Part shown: positions 48,730-56,892 of the stretch, one piece after another | How positions within the stretch are numbered: the first letter of the stretch is position 1 | Layout: each line of letters begins with the position of its first letter | DNA from: Alphaproteobacteria bacterium | GTDB lineage: Bacteria > Pseudomonadota > Alphaproteobacteria > SP197 | Direction of reading: 5' to 3' | Assembly (NCBI GenBank): GCA_965228895.1 | Contig: OZ245842.1 | Coordinates: forward strand, 2,839,964 to 2,903,963 | Length of the DNA stretch: 64,000 nt | Program-made: the position numbers and the translations under genes | The notes under the pieces: generated by a model | Databases searched by the model: none | Told to the model about the DNA's origin: nothing | The model's input: only the letters and a program-made list of their open reading frames with translations

Positions 48730-51282
48730 TCAGTTTCGATACTCCTCGGGGATGAAGAGCAGCGAATCCACCTCGGCGCCAATATGACAGTCGATGCAGA
48801 ACGCCACCTTTTCTGTACCCTCCCCGTTTGTGGTGCCGACAGTCTTGCCGTTGGGCATGATCAGGGTGTAGCGCCAGTCATCGGAGTCGGCGTTAAATCC
48901 CGAAGCCATCTTCTCCATGACAAACAACGGTCCGGGCACCACCGTGCCCTTTGCCGTCACCGCGAAGCTGTCCTTGGCCAGCACGGCACCAGCAGGCATG
49001 GTGCCGCCGTTTTCGTACTCGCCATATGACTGCGCCGCTGCGGCGTCAGCGTAATTGTTCACGAAGCGTCCGCCGTGGGTGTACGACTTGTAGGGCACGG
49101 AGTTGTACTTTTCCCATCCGCTGTAGGCGGACGAGATGTCAAGACCGGTGCTGGACATCAAATTGGCCTTGGCATAGCCGACTTCCATCTGCGCCTTGAT
49201 GCAGTCGTAAGCCGCCACAGCCTCGTCATTGGTCAGTTCGATGTCGACGCCGGCACCGCAGCCGCCGCACGCACCACAGCCGCCACACGCACCGCAACCG
49301 CCGCACGCACCACAGGCTCCACAAGCACCACAAGCACCACAGCCGCCACACGCACCGCAGCCACCGCAAGCGCCACAGGCTCCGCAAGCGCCGCAGGCCG
49401 AGCAGGCATCGCAGGCACTGCAGCCCGCCGCCATGCCGGCCGCAGGAACCGCCTCCGGATTCTCCTGCAAGCTCGCGCCGCAACCGCCGCACGCGCCACA
49501 GGCACCGCACGCGCCGCAGCCGCCACAGGCTCCGCAATCGGCCCAAGCGATGCTCGGCACCACGCAACCGGTGTCGGCTTCTGCCGCACAACCGCCGCAT
49601 GCACCACAACCACCGCACGCGCCACACGCTCCGCAAGCACCACACGCGCCGCAGCCACCACAGGCTCCGCATGCACCGCATGCACCGCATGCACCGCATG
49701 CACCGCATGCGTCACAAGCAGAACATGCGCCGCAAGCAGAACATGCGCCGCAGCCTGCCGCCATGCCGCTTGGCAACGCTTCCGGGTTCTCATGGCTGGC
49801 GCCATCTTCGTCGTCGGACCCGTCGGATTTCTCACCGCGCGGTTCCCACCAGTCCTCGCCGTCGCGTTTGGCACGCACTGCAAACTTCATGGCGCCATTC
49901 GAGTCTTCCAGGCTGGCGCCGCAACATCCACCACACGCACCGCAGGCATCACAGGCCGCGCAACACGCCGAGCACGCATCACACGCGCCGCAAGCCGAGC
50001 ACGCATCGCAGGCACCGCAGCCCGCCGCCATGCCAGTCGGCAGGGCGTCCGGATTGTCGAGGCTGGCGCCGCAGCATCCACCACACGCACCGCAGGCATC
50101 ACAAGCCGCACAACATGCCGAACACGCATCACACGCGCCGCAAGCCGAGCACGCATCGCACGCACCGCAGCCCGCCGCCATGCCGGTCGGCAGGGCGTCC
50201 GGATTGTCGAGGCTGGCGCCGCAGCATCCACCGCACGCACCGCAGGCATCACAGGCCGCACAACATGCCGAACACGCATCGCACGCGCCGCAAGCCGAGC
50301 ACGCATCGCACGCACCGCAGCCCGCCGCCATGCCGGTCGGCAGGGCGTCCGGATTGTCGAGGCTTGCGCCGCAACATCCACCGCACGCTCCGCAGGCATC
50401 ACAAGCCGCGCAACACGCCGAGCACGCATCACACGCGCCGCAAGCCGAGCACGCATCGCAGGCACCGCAGCCCGCCGCCATGCCAGTCGGCAGGGCGTCC
50501 GGATTGTCGAGGCTGGCGCCGCAACATCCACCGCAAGCTCCGCAGGCATCACAGGCCGCGCAACACGCCGAGCACGCATCACACGCGCCGCAAGCCGAGC
50601 ACGCATCGCACGCACCGCAGCCAGCCGCCATGCCGGTCGGCAGGGCGTCCGGATTGTCGAGGCTGGCGCCGCAACATCCACCGCAAGCTCCGCAGGCATC
50701 ACAAGCCGCGCAACATGCCGAACACGCATCACACGCGCCGCAAGCCGAGCACGCATCGCACGCACCGCAGCCCGCCGCCATGCCAGTCGGCAGGGCGTCC
50801 GGATTGTCGAGGCTTGCGCCGCAACATCCACCACACGCACCGCAGGCATCACAAGCCGCGCAACATGCCGAACACGCATCACACGCGCCGCAAGCCGAGC
50901 ACGCATCGCACGCACCGCAGCCCGCCGCCATGCCAGTCGGCAGGGCGTCCGGATTGTCGAGGCTTGCGCCGCAACATCCACCACACGCACCGCAGGCATC
51001 ACAGGCCGCGCAACACGCCGAACACGCATCGCACGCGCCGCAAGCCGAGCACGCATCGCACGCACCGCAGCCCGCCGCCATGCCGGTCAAAGCACGATCG
51101 GCGATGGACAAGGAGGCGGGCATGGGAACGGCGGCCGGATTTTCGACCGCGCGTGGATTGACAAGGCGACAGCTGGCGCGACCACAAGGCGCTGCCGCAA
51201 CGCTGACGGCAAGCGCAACGCCGGCGCCCATAAAGGCCGGCAGCATCGTGCTCGACAGCAGATTACGTTTGAGTTCACTCAT
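48730..51282 (-). CDS. Sec-signal hyper-cysteine (Cys-x-x)n tandem-repeat protein with a C-terminal cytochrome P460-family haem-c domain
   Basis: GGGAGG lies upstream of the ATG at 51282. The N-terminal signal is LPAFMGAGVALAVSVAAA. Eight 50-aa units (MAAGCGACDACSACGACDACSACCAACDACGACGGCCGASLDNPDALPTG) are followed by two degenerate Cys modules. The C-terminal ~190 aa has DDWRYTLI and FCIDCHIGAEVDSLLFIPEEY, resembling P460 (NWAFYIF...CAACHKENAKTDMVFTQFYP, from memory). Confidence 0.75.
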   Translation of the reverse strand: MSELKRNLLSSTMLPAFMGAGVALAVSVAAAPCGRASCRLVNPRAVENPAAVPMPASLSIADRALTGMAAGCGACDACSACGACDACSACCAACDACGACGGCCGASLDNPDALPTGMAAGCGACDACSACGACDACSACCAACDACGACGGCCGASLDNPDALPTGMAAGCGACDACSACGACDACSACCAACDACGACGGCCGASLDNPDALPTGMAAGCGACDACSACGACDACSACCAACDACGACGGCCGASLDNPDALPTGMAAGCGACDACSACGACDACSACCAACDACGACGGCCGASLDNPDALPTGMAAGCGACDACSACGACDACSACCAACDACGACGGCCGASLDNPDALPTGMAAGCGACDACSACGACDACSACCAACDACGACGGCCGASLDNPDALPTGMAAGCGACDACSACGACDACSACCAACDACGACGGCCGASLEDSNGAMKFAVRAKRDGEDWWEPRGEKSDGSDDEDGASHENPEALPSGMAAGCGACSACGACSACDACGACGACGACGACGACGGCGACGACGACGACGGCGACGGCAAEADTGCVVPSIAWADCGACGGCGACGACGACGGCGASLQENPEAVPAAGMAAGCSACDACSACGACGACGACGGCGACGGCGACGACGACGACGGCGACGGCGACGGCGAGVDIELTNDEAVAAYDCIKAQMEVGYAKANLMSSTGLDISSAYSGWEKYNSVPYKSYTHGGRFVNNYADAAAAQSYGEYENGGTMPAGAVLAKDSFAVTAKGTVVPGPLFVMEKMASGFNADSDDWRYTLIMPNGKTVGTTNGEGTEKVAFCIDCHIGAEVDSLLFIPEEYRN
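49911..51081. repeat. Tandem direct repeat, 150-bp unit x ~7.8, inside the Cys-rich gene
   Basis: The anchor gcccgccgccatgcc recurs at about 50020, 50170, 50320, 50470, 50620, 50770, 50920 and 51070. In the one adjacent pair I compared, the units are about 95% identical at the DNA level. Confidence 0.95.
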
Positions 51283-51457
51283 AACCGAAGAAACCTCCCA
51301 AATATCCCAGTTGCCCTGCCCTCACGACAACGTGTCGACCGCTGCCTTTGAAAGTCGGCGAAACTATCGCCCCATAGCTCGAGGGTGCAGGGCGATGATA
51401 TCGACTGACTTCGACATGGAACCAGTGATTTCCCTTTCACGTTAGCGTGAGAATGTA

Positions 51458-52336
51458 GTGGTGAAAAAGCCAGGGCTAGTGCGGCTTTCCGGCCTAACAC
51501 TTGTAATCTTTGCAGGCATAGTGATGACGCCGGCATGGGCCCAGGACCCACCCCTGCCCGGCATGGACGTCATCGAGATTCCGGCCGGATCGTTTCTTGC
51601 CGGATCAACATCGGAAGAACGCGAGCGCGCCTATCAGCTCGACGAAGCTGCTTACGGCCACAGCCGCACCCGCGAACGCGGCTGGTACGAAGACGATGAC
51701 GACCTGCACGAGGTCTATCTCGACACCTATTGGATCACCAAGAATCTGATCACCAACGCCCAGTATCAGGTCTTTGTCGAGGCTACGGGCCATCGAGTCC
51801 CGGACATCGACAAGGAGACCTGGGACGGCTTCGGCCTGATCCACCCTTACGAAAGAACGCGTCAATTCGCCTGGACAGATGGTGTGCCGCCGACCGGCCG
51901 CGAGGATCATCCGGTGGTCATGGTCAACCATGCCGATGCAACAGCGTTCGCCGTATGGCTATCTGAGGAAACCGGTCAGACCTGGCGGTTGCCGAGCGAA
52001 ATGGAGTGGCAAAAGGCGGCGCGCGGCACGGACGGGCGGATGTTCCCGTGGGGCGACGAATGGGATCCCAACCTGGCGAACACGCACGATGCCGGCCCGT
52101 TTCGAACCGTGCCGGTGGGCTCTTTTCCCGAAGCCGCAAGTCCTTATGGCATGTTGGATGCCGCGGGCCAGGTGTTTGAATGGACGACGACCTTGAAACG
52201 CCCCGGCCGTTACTGGGTCAAGGGCGGGTCCTGGGATGACCGCGGGTGCGGCGTGTGCCGGCCAGCCGACCGGCACAGCCGCCCCGAGGACATTCAGCAC
52301 ATACTTGTCGGATTCAGGCTCGTGCTGGAACCCTGA
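51458..52336 (+). CDS. Exported formylglycine-generating-enzyme (FGE/SUMF1) family protein
   Basis: The signal peptide is LTLVIFAGIVMTPAWAQ. The FGE-sulfatase domain pattern is HPVVMVNHADATAFAVWLSE..WRLPSEMEWQKAARG...VKGGSWDD. The start is a GTG. Confidence 0.75.
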   Translation: MVKKPGLVRLSGLTLVIFAGIVMTPAWAQDPPLPGMDVIEIPAGSFLAGSTSEERERAYQLDEAAYGHSRTRERGWYEDDDDLHEVYLDTYWITKNLITNAQYQVFVEATGHRVPDIDKETWDGFGLIHPYERTRQFAWTDGVPPTGREDHPVVMVNHADATAFAVWLSEETGQTWRLPSEMEWQKAARGTDGRMFPWGDEWDPNLANTHDAGPFRTVPVGSFPEAASPYGMLDAAGQVFEWTTTLKRPGRYWVKGGSWDDRGCGVCRPADRHSRPEDIQHILVGFRLVLEP

Positions 52337-52647
52337 GCCAGGCGCATGGGACCGGCCGGCGGCGCCTCAAGCGCCAGAAGGTTCCGCTCCTCGGCCGCCT
52401 CATAGGACGTTGTCCCTCGATCGGCGTGACCCGGCAGACCGGCCAGATGCGCTTCCGGCTGCCAACCACCGCGCGGCACTTCAACGCCGTGCAAGGCGAT
52501 GTCCGCTTTGTGTGAGTTCTGATCAACACAGGCTATGGCCTGACTGGCCACCGACGTCGAGTCGCGCCATCCCCAAACAGCGATGATGGCGAAGGCCAGC
52601 GCGGCTACGACGAGCCAAGCGCCTAAGACTTCACGTATCGACTGCAT
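52294..52647 (-). CDS. Possible small membrane-anchored protein
   Basis: From the ATG at 52647 the product starts MQSIREVLGAWLVVAALAFAIIAVWGW..., which gives one TM helix. The 3' end overlaps the FGE gene by about 43 nt (convergent). There are no recognisable motifs, so it may be spurious. Confidence 0.25.
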   Translation of the reverse strand: MQSIREVLGAWLVVAALAFAIIAVWGWRDSTSVASQAIACVDQNSHKADIALHGVEVPRGGWQPEAHLAGLPGHADRGTTSYEAAEERNLLALEAPPAGPMRLAQGSSTSLNPTSMC

Positions 52648-52836
52648 ACCCTTGATCTCCAATGTAAAAGCGGCCTTACCTGGCCGCGTGGGCCTCACCT
52701 GGCCTCGTGCGTTGCCACCATATGGTCATGAGGAATACGCAAGAAAAGGCACAAACGATCATCGCCCAGTCACATATGCTTCACGTAATCGATCACAATC
52801 TTGAAAGGTGGTGGCGCTGACGCCATCCTCACGCCC

Positions 52837-53592
52837 ATGGCAATGACAGAAACCGCGACACCGGGCCTGGACGTCGATCTACCGCGACGGGTCCAGCTCG
52901 ATGATTTGGACCGCAGCGACCTCGAAGAGATGCTCGAGGCCGGGCGTGATGTGCTCGAATGCTACCGGGTGCTGCGCAAAAACAACGACAACGTGGTCGG
53001 CGAACTGCTGCGCGACGTCGAAACCTTCTACCAGTGGCAGCACTATCCAAAGGGTGACATCTTCGACCGGGAGACCGGCAGCCAGTTCTATTATCACGCC
53101 CACCCTAAGGCCAGCCGGCCGGGTGAGCATGGCCATTTCCACACCTTCATGCGCGCCAAAGGGATGCCCAAGGGCACCGAACCCGTCCCTTACGACGGCG
53201 ACAAGGTGTGGCCCTTGGGTCCCGATGCGCTGAGCCATCTGATCGCGATATCGATGGATCCAAAGGGGTATCCCATCGGCTTGTTCACGGTGAACCGGTG
53301 GGTCACCGGGGACACGTGGTATGCCGCCGAGGATGTGGTGAAGATGGTCGACCTGTTCGACATCGATCACGCCCGCCCCTCCTGGCCGGTCAACCGCTGG
53401 GTCACGGCGATGATGCGCCTGTTCCGTCCGCTGGTGCATGACCTCGTAAGGGAACGCGATCTGGTCATGGCGGCATGGCGCGACAGTCATCCGGGAACCG
53501 ATGTCTATGCCGACCACGGTCTTGAGATCACGTCGGCCAGCACGATTTCCGTCGAGAAGCAGATCACGCGCATCCGCAGTCTTCTCGCCTAG
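52837..53592 (+). CDS. Hypothetical protein with a His-rich HAHP...GEHGHFH motif
   Basis: The coding look is good, with no signal peptide. The motif YYHAHPKASRPGEHGHFHTF suggests a metal site (cupin-like?). I do not recognise the family. The start is the ATG at 52837. Confidence 0.5.
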   Translation: MAMTETATPGLDVDLPRRVQLDDLDRSDLEEMLEAGRDVLECYRVLRKNNDNVVGELLRDVETFYQWQHYPKGDIFDRETGSQFYYHAHPKASRPGEHGHFHTFMRAKGMPKGTEPVPYDGDKVWPLGPDALSHLIAISMDPKGYPIGLFTVNRWVTGDTWYAAEDVVKMVDLFDIDHARPSWPVNRWVTAMMRLFRPLVHDLVRERDLVMAAWRDSHPGTDVYADHGLEITSASTISVEKQITRIRSLLA

Positions 53593-53643
53593 AACAGATC
53601 CCGTATTGCCGATCTGCCCGCTCCTGCGGTGCCTCAAACAAGT

Positions 53644-53680
53644 GGCGCCGTCTCCGGGAGGGGGGATCGGAGACGGCGCC
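53644..53680. terminator. 13-bp perfect hairpin downstream of the 52837-53592 gene
   Basis: The stem ggcgccgtctccg / cggagacggcgcc has an 11-nt G-rich loop. The T-tract is weak (tattac), so its function as an intrinsic terminator is uncertain. Confidence 0.45.
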
Positions 53681-54053
53681 TATTACAAAGACCGAAATGA
53701 ACTGGCGAAAACCCTATTGGGGGACGGGGTGGGTTTCACCAAACCGGAGAGAATCCAGGGGAGTACATTCCCCCCGGCCTACGACGCTGCGAGTCGTCTT
53801 CCGGCCTTCCTTGCCCCAGATATGTCGATCCGAAGCCCCTTGTACAAGACCATGAATGACGCCTCGCACCGATGTGATGGAACATTGAGCGAGTTTTTGC
53901 ACAGATCACAAATTTGCCCGCTAAATCATCAGCTTCGGGCGTCTGTTCGCGTTGTTAACTGCCACGTTTTTGCCGGATTTAATGGGGCTAGAAAACCGCC
54001 GGGACTACAACCGCTTGCACAGCGCGCCATTGCGCCGGGGGAATCGGAAACGA

Positions 54054-54572
54054 TCATTCGGCAAAGCCTATCCATGGCGAATCGGGCTTACGGCTGAATG
54101 CCGCCGAGCCATCCGCGACCTGCGCCTGAACGGTCTTCCAGTTATCGGCGCCGCGCGTGATGCGCGAACGCATGTCGGAGGTCCATTGGCCTTTAACCTG
54201 TTCATCCCAATTCAGATAGAGCTTGTCGTCGACAACGCTCCACGCCGTCGCGGGATCGACTTCGGCGGCATACGCGCCAACCGACAGCGCATAGGCACAC
54301 CAACCGCCGAACTGCGGCGCGTAGGCTTCGGGATCGCCGGCAAAGAGGTCACGGTTTTCGGCGCTGGCGAAATGCCACGTCGCGCCGTTCCAAGCATGGC
54401 TCAGTGTGGGATCGCCTTGCACGGCTTCACCTTGGGTGAAGTAAGCGACCGTGTCATAGCCACCAATCGCGACGCCATCGGGCGTCACATTCACTGAGCT
54501 GTCGGCATGCGCCCAATGGGTGAAGAGCGCCGACGCCAGCATCACACACAGCACGAAAGCGATTCGTCGCAT
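54054..54572 (-). CDS. YHS domain-containing exported protein (Cys form of the YHS (seleno)protein family)
   Basis: From the ATG at 54572 the signal peptide is MRRIAFVLCVMLASALFTHWAHA. GYDTVAYF, WHFASAENRDLF and FGGWCAYAL follow. Confidence 0.6.
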   Translation of the reverse strand: MRRIAFVLCVMLASALFTHWAHADSSVNVTPDGVAIGGYDTVAYFTQGEAVQGDPTLSHAWNGATWHFASAENRDLFAGDPEAYAPQFGGWCAYALSVGAYAAEVDPATAWSVVDDKLYLNWDEQVKGQWTSDMRSRITRGADNWKTVQAQVADGSAAFSRKPDSPWIGFAE

Positions 54573-54719
54573 AGCCCGATCCTCTCCGGTCGTTTCGCGC
54601 AACATCATCGGCCAAAGTGACCTCGACGCGCCAATCGCCGTTGGCCACCATGTCGATAGCCTGGTGCTATGGTCCGACCATCGCATCACCGGCGCCAACC
54701 CGCTGCAGGAATCCTGCCG

Positions 54720-55403
54720 ATGACGAATACTCTCTTAGGGGTTCTCGCCTTCACGCTGATCCCCTGTATCGGCATTCTTGCCGGCAGCGCAGCCGCCCTG
54801 GCACGTGCGCCAGGGCCGAGACTGATCAGCGCGTTTCAGCACTTTGCCGCCGGTGTGGTGTTTGCCGCGGTGGCGGTGGAACTACTGCCGCAACTCCACA
54901 CTCTGGATTCACCAGTCGCCATGATCGTCGGCTTTGTGCTGGGGATCGGGGCGATGCTGATGTTCAAGGCCCTGTTCGAAGATGCCGGTATCGTTGTTCC
55001 CATGACCGTGGACCTTTTCGTCGACGGCTTACTGATCGCCGTCGGTTTTGCTGCCGGCGTGATGGGCGGGACGGTTCTGTTGATTGGCCTGACGCTGGAA
55101 ACGCTGTCGCTGGGACTGTCGACGGCCCCCGCGCTGGTAAAGCGCGGCATGACACGGTCGCGGGCTGTTGTGATGTTGGTCGCGATCAGCCTGGCCATCC
55201 TTGTCGGCGCGGCGGCCGGTCATCTCATTGCCGGCATGTCGGGCGCCTTTCTGGCCGGTATTCTTGGTTTCGGTGTCGCGGCGCTGCTCTATCTGGTGAC
55301 CGAAGAATTGTTGAGCGAAGCGCACGAGGTGCCGGATACGCCGATCGTCACCGCGACCTTCTTCGCCGGTTTCCTGGTGCCTATCGTGATAGCGGCCGCC
55401 TGA
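54720..55403 (+). CDS. ZIP-family-like divalent metal transporter
   Basis: The product is 227 aa with about 8 TM helices. Conserved acidic and histidine positions lie in the helices (FQHFAAGVVF, DLFVDGLLIAVGF, LVTEELLSEAHE). The family assignment is from memory only. Confidence 0.45.
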   Translation: MTNTLLGVLAFTLIPCIGILAGSAAALARAPGPRLISAFQHFAAGVVFAAVAVELLPQLHTLDSPVAMIVGFVLGIGAMLMFKALFEDAGIVVPMTVDLFVDGLLIAVGFAAGVMGGTVLLIGLTLETLSLGLSTAPALVKRGMTRSRAVVMLVAISLAILVGAAAGHLIAGMSGAFLAGILGFGVAALLYLVTEELLSEAHEVPDTPIVTATFFAGFLVPIVIAAA

Positions 55404-55532
55404 GACACTCTCCGATCAATCTTCACCACCGGCCCACTCCCCCGCCCGGCCACGCCGAGGATGCTGCAATGGCTGGCCGGGCGCGGGAGTGGGCCGGCTA
55501 CGATGCGAAGGCAAATGCTCAAACACCGCTCG

Positions 55533-56786
55533 CTAGCGATCGACCACCACCTGACCCTGACGCACGGCTCGGTAGAGTGGGTTACGTCCGACCCAATAGG
55601 CGAGATCGCCCGGGCGCTCGATGTTCCAGATCGCCAGATCGGCCGCCTTGCCCACCTCCAGTGTGCCATGCGTCGCGCCCATGCCGAGCGCAAGGGCGGC
55701 ATTGCGCGTCACGCCAGCCAGTGCCTCCTGGGGCGTCAACCGGAACAAGGTGGCCGCCATGCTGAGCATCAACAACAGCGACAACACCGGTGAGCTGCCC
55801 GGGTTGGCATCGGTCGCGACGGCAATCGGCACGCCCCGTTCGCGCAACAGGTCGACGGGCGGGAGCTTGGTTTCGCGCAGGACATAGAACGCACCGGGCA
55901 GCAGCACCGCCACCGTACCGGCCTTTGCCATCGCCTCGACACCGTCGGCTGAGAGATACTCCAGATGATCGGCCGAGAGCGCACCGTAGTCCGCGGCAAG
56001 CGCGGCGCCTCCCATGTCGGAAAGCTGTTCGGCGTGGATCTTGGTCGGCAGTCCAAGGTCGCGCGCCTTCATAAGGACACGTTCGGTGTTGGCCAGGTCA
56101 AAGCCGATGGTTTCACAGAAGACGTCGACGGCATCGGCCAATCCCGCGCGTGCCGCCGCCGGCATCATCTCGTCGACGACAAGGTCGATATAGGCATCTT
56201 CGCGGTCCTTAAAGTCTTCCGGCAAAGCATGCGCACCAAGGAAAGTTGTCTTGATCGTCACCGGCCGCATCTCCGCAAGCCGACGTGCCACCGATAACAT
56301 CTTCAGTTCGCTCTCGGTCTCCAGACCGTAACCAGATTTGATCTCAATCGTCGTCACGCCTTCCGCGCGCAACACATCGAGACGCGGTAACGCCAGGTCG
56401 ACAAGTTGATCGTCACTGGCGCTGCGTGTCGCACGCACGGTCGAGAGGATGCCGCCGCCTGCTTGTTGCAGCTCGGCATAGCTGGCGCCGTTGAGCCGCA
56501 TCTCGAACTCCTGCGAACGGTCACCGCCGAATACGAGATGGGTATGACAGTCGATCAACCCGGGCGTCACCCAGCGTCCGTCGCCATACCATACGTCGTG
56601 CGCCAACGACGACGGCTGGCCAGGCAAGTCCGAAGCCGGACCGGCAAAGACGATCTCGCCGTCGGCAATAGCCAAGGCGCCGTGGTCGATGGCGCCATAC
56701 CCGTCCTCCCCTGGCAGCATGGTCGCCAGGCGCACGTCCAGCCACAGCGTATCCCACATGGTTGCCACGCTTTCCTTTTCGATCAT
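55533..56786 (-). CDS. hutI: Imidazolonepropionase
   Basis: [12 protein letters not shown] is present, along with the downstream HutI pattern ([34 protein letters not shown]). The start is either 56786 or the ATG at 56759. Confidence 0.9.
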   Translation of the reverse strand: MIEKESVATMWDTLWLDVRLATMLPGEDGYGAIDHGALAIADGEIVFAGPASDLPGQPSSLAHDVWYGDGRWVTPGLIDCHTHLVFGGDRSQEFEMRLNGASYAELQQAGGGILSTVRATRSASDDQLVDLALPRLDVLRAEGVTTIEIKSGYGLETESELKMLSVARRLAEMRPVTIKTTFLGAHALPEDFKDREDAYIDLVVDEMMPAAARAGLADAVDVFCETIGFDLANTERVLMKARDLGLPTKIHAEQLSDMGGAALAADYGALSADHLEYLSADGVEAMAKAGTVAVLLPGAFYVLRETKLPPVDLLRERGVPIAVATDANPGSSPVLSLLLMLSMAATLFRLTPQEALAGVTRNAALALGMGATHGTLEVGKAADLAIWNIERPGDLAYWVGRNPLYRAVRQGQVVVDR

Positions 56787-56892
56787 GAAGTGGCACGCTT
56801 ATGCGGCTTTGCGCCGCTGTGCAAGGTGTCGACTGACAAGATGGTGGTGGTTCTGCGCTGCGTGGCGAGTGTCGGCGCGAGATTGGGGAGCC

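Noticed and set aside
49887-51065. Minus-strand alternative frame ORF of 392 aa (MRA/ARL-rich) inside the repeat array.
   Set aside because: It is an out-of-frame shadow of the same repeats. It has no start context and is entirely low-complexity. The wobble-position pattern supports the other minus-strand frame.
49911-51081. Possible CRISPR array, because of the regularly spaced repeats.
   Set aside because: The units are contiguous 150-bp tandem repeats with no unique spacers, and they lie inside a well-supported coding frame. No cas genes are in the window.
49075-51445. Very long plus-strand ORFs across the repeat region: 758 aa (Arg/Ala/Thr-rich), 738 aa (PQ/HA-rich) and 520 aa (Arg/His-rich).
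   Set aside because: They are shadow frames of a stop-free GC-rich repeat. They have no signal peptide and no globular termini. Between the two units I compared, substitutions fall only on third positions of the minus-strand Cys frame. That is incompatible with selection on these frames.
54054-54572. Selenocysteine recoding in the YHS-domain (seleno)protein family member.
   Set aside because: The position is a plain TGC cysteine (GGWCAYAL). There is no in-frame TGA.
54617-55765. 382-aa plus-strand Arg/Pro-rich ORF overlapping the ZIP-like gene in another frame and hutI in antisense.
   Set aside because: It is a compositional artefact. The hydrophobic TM-rich frame (54720-55403) and hutI explain the region.
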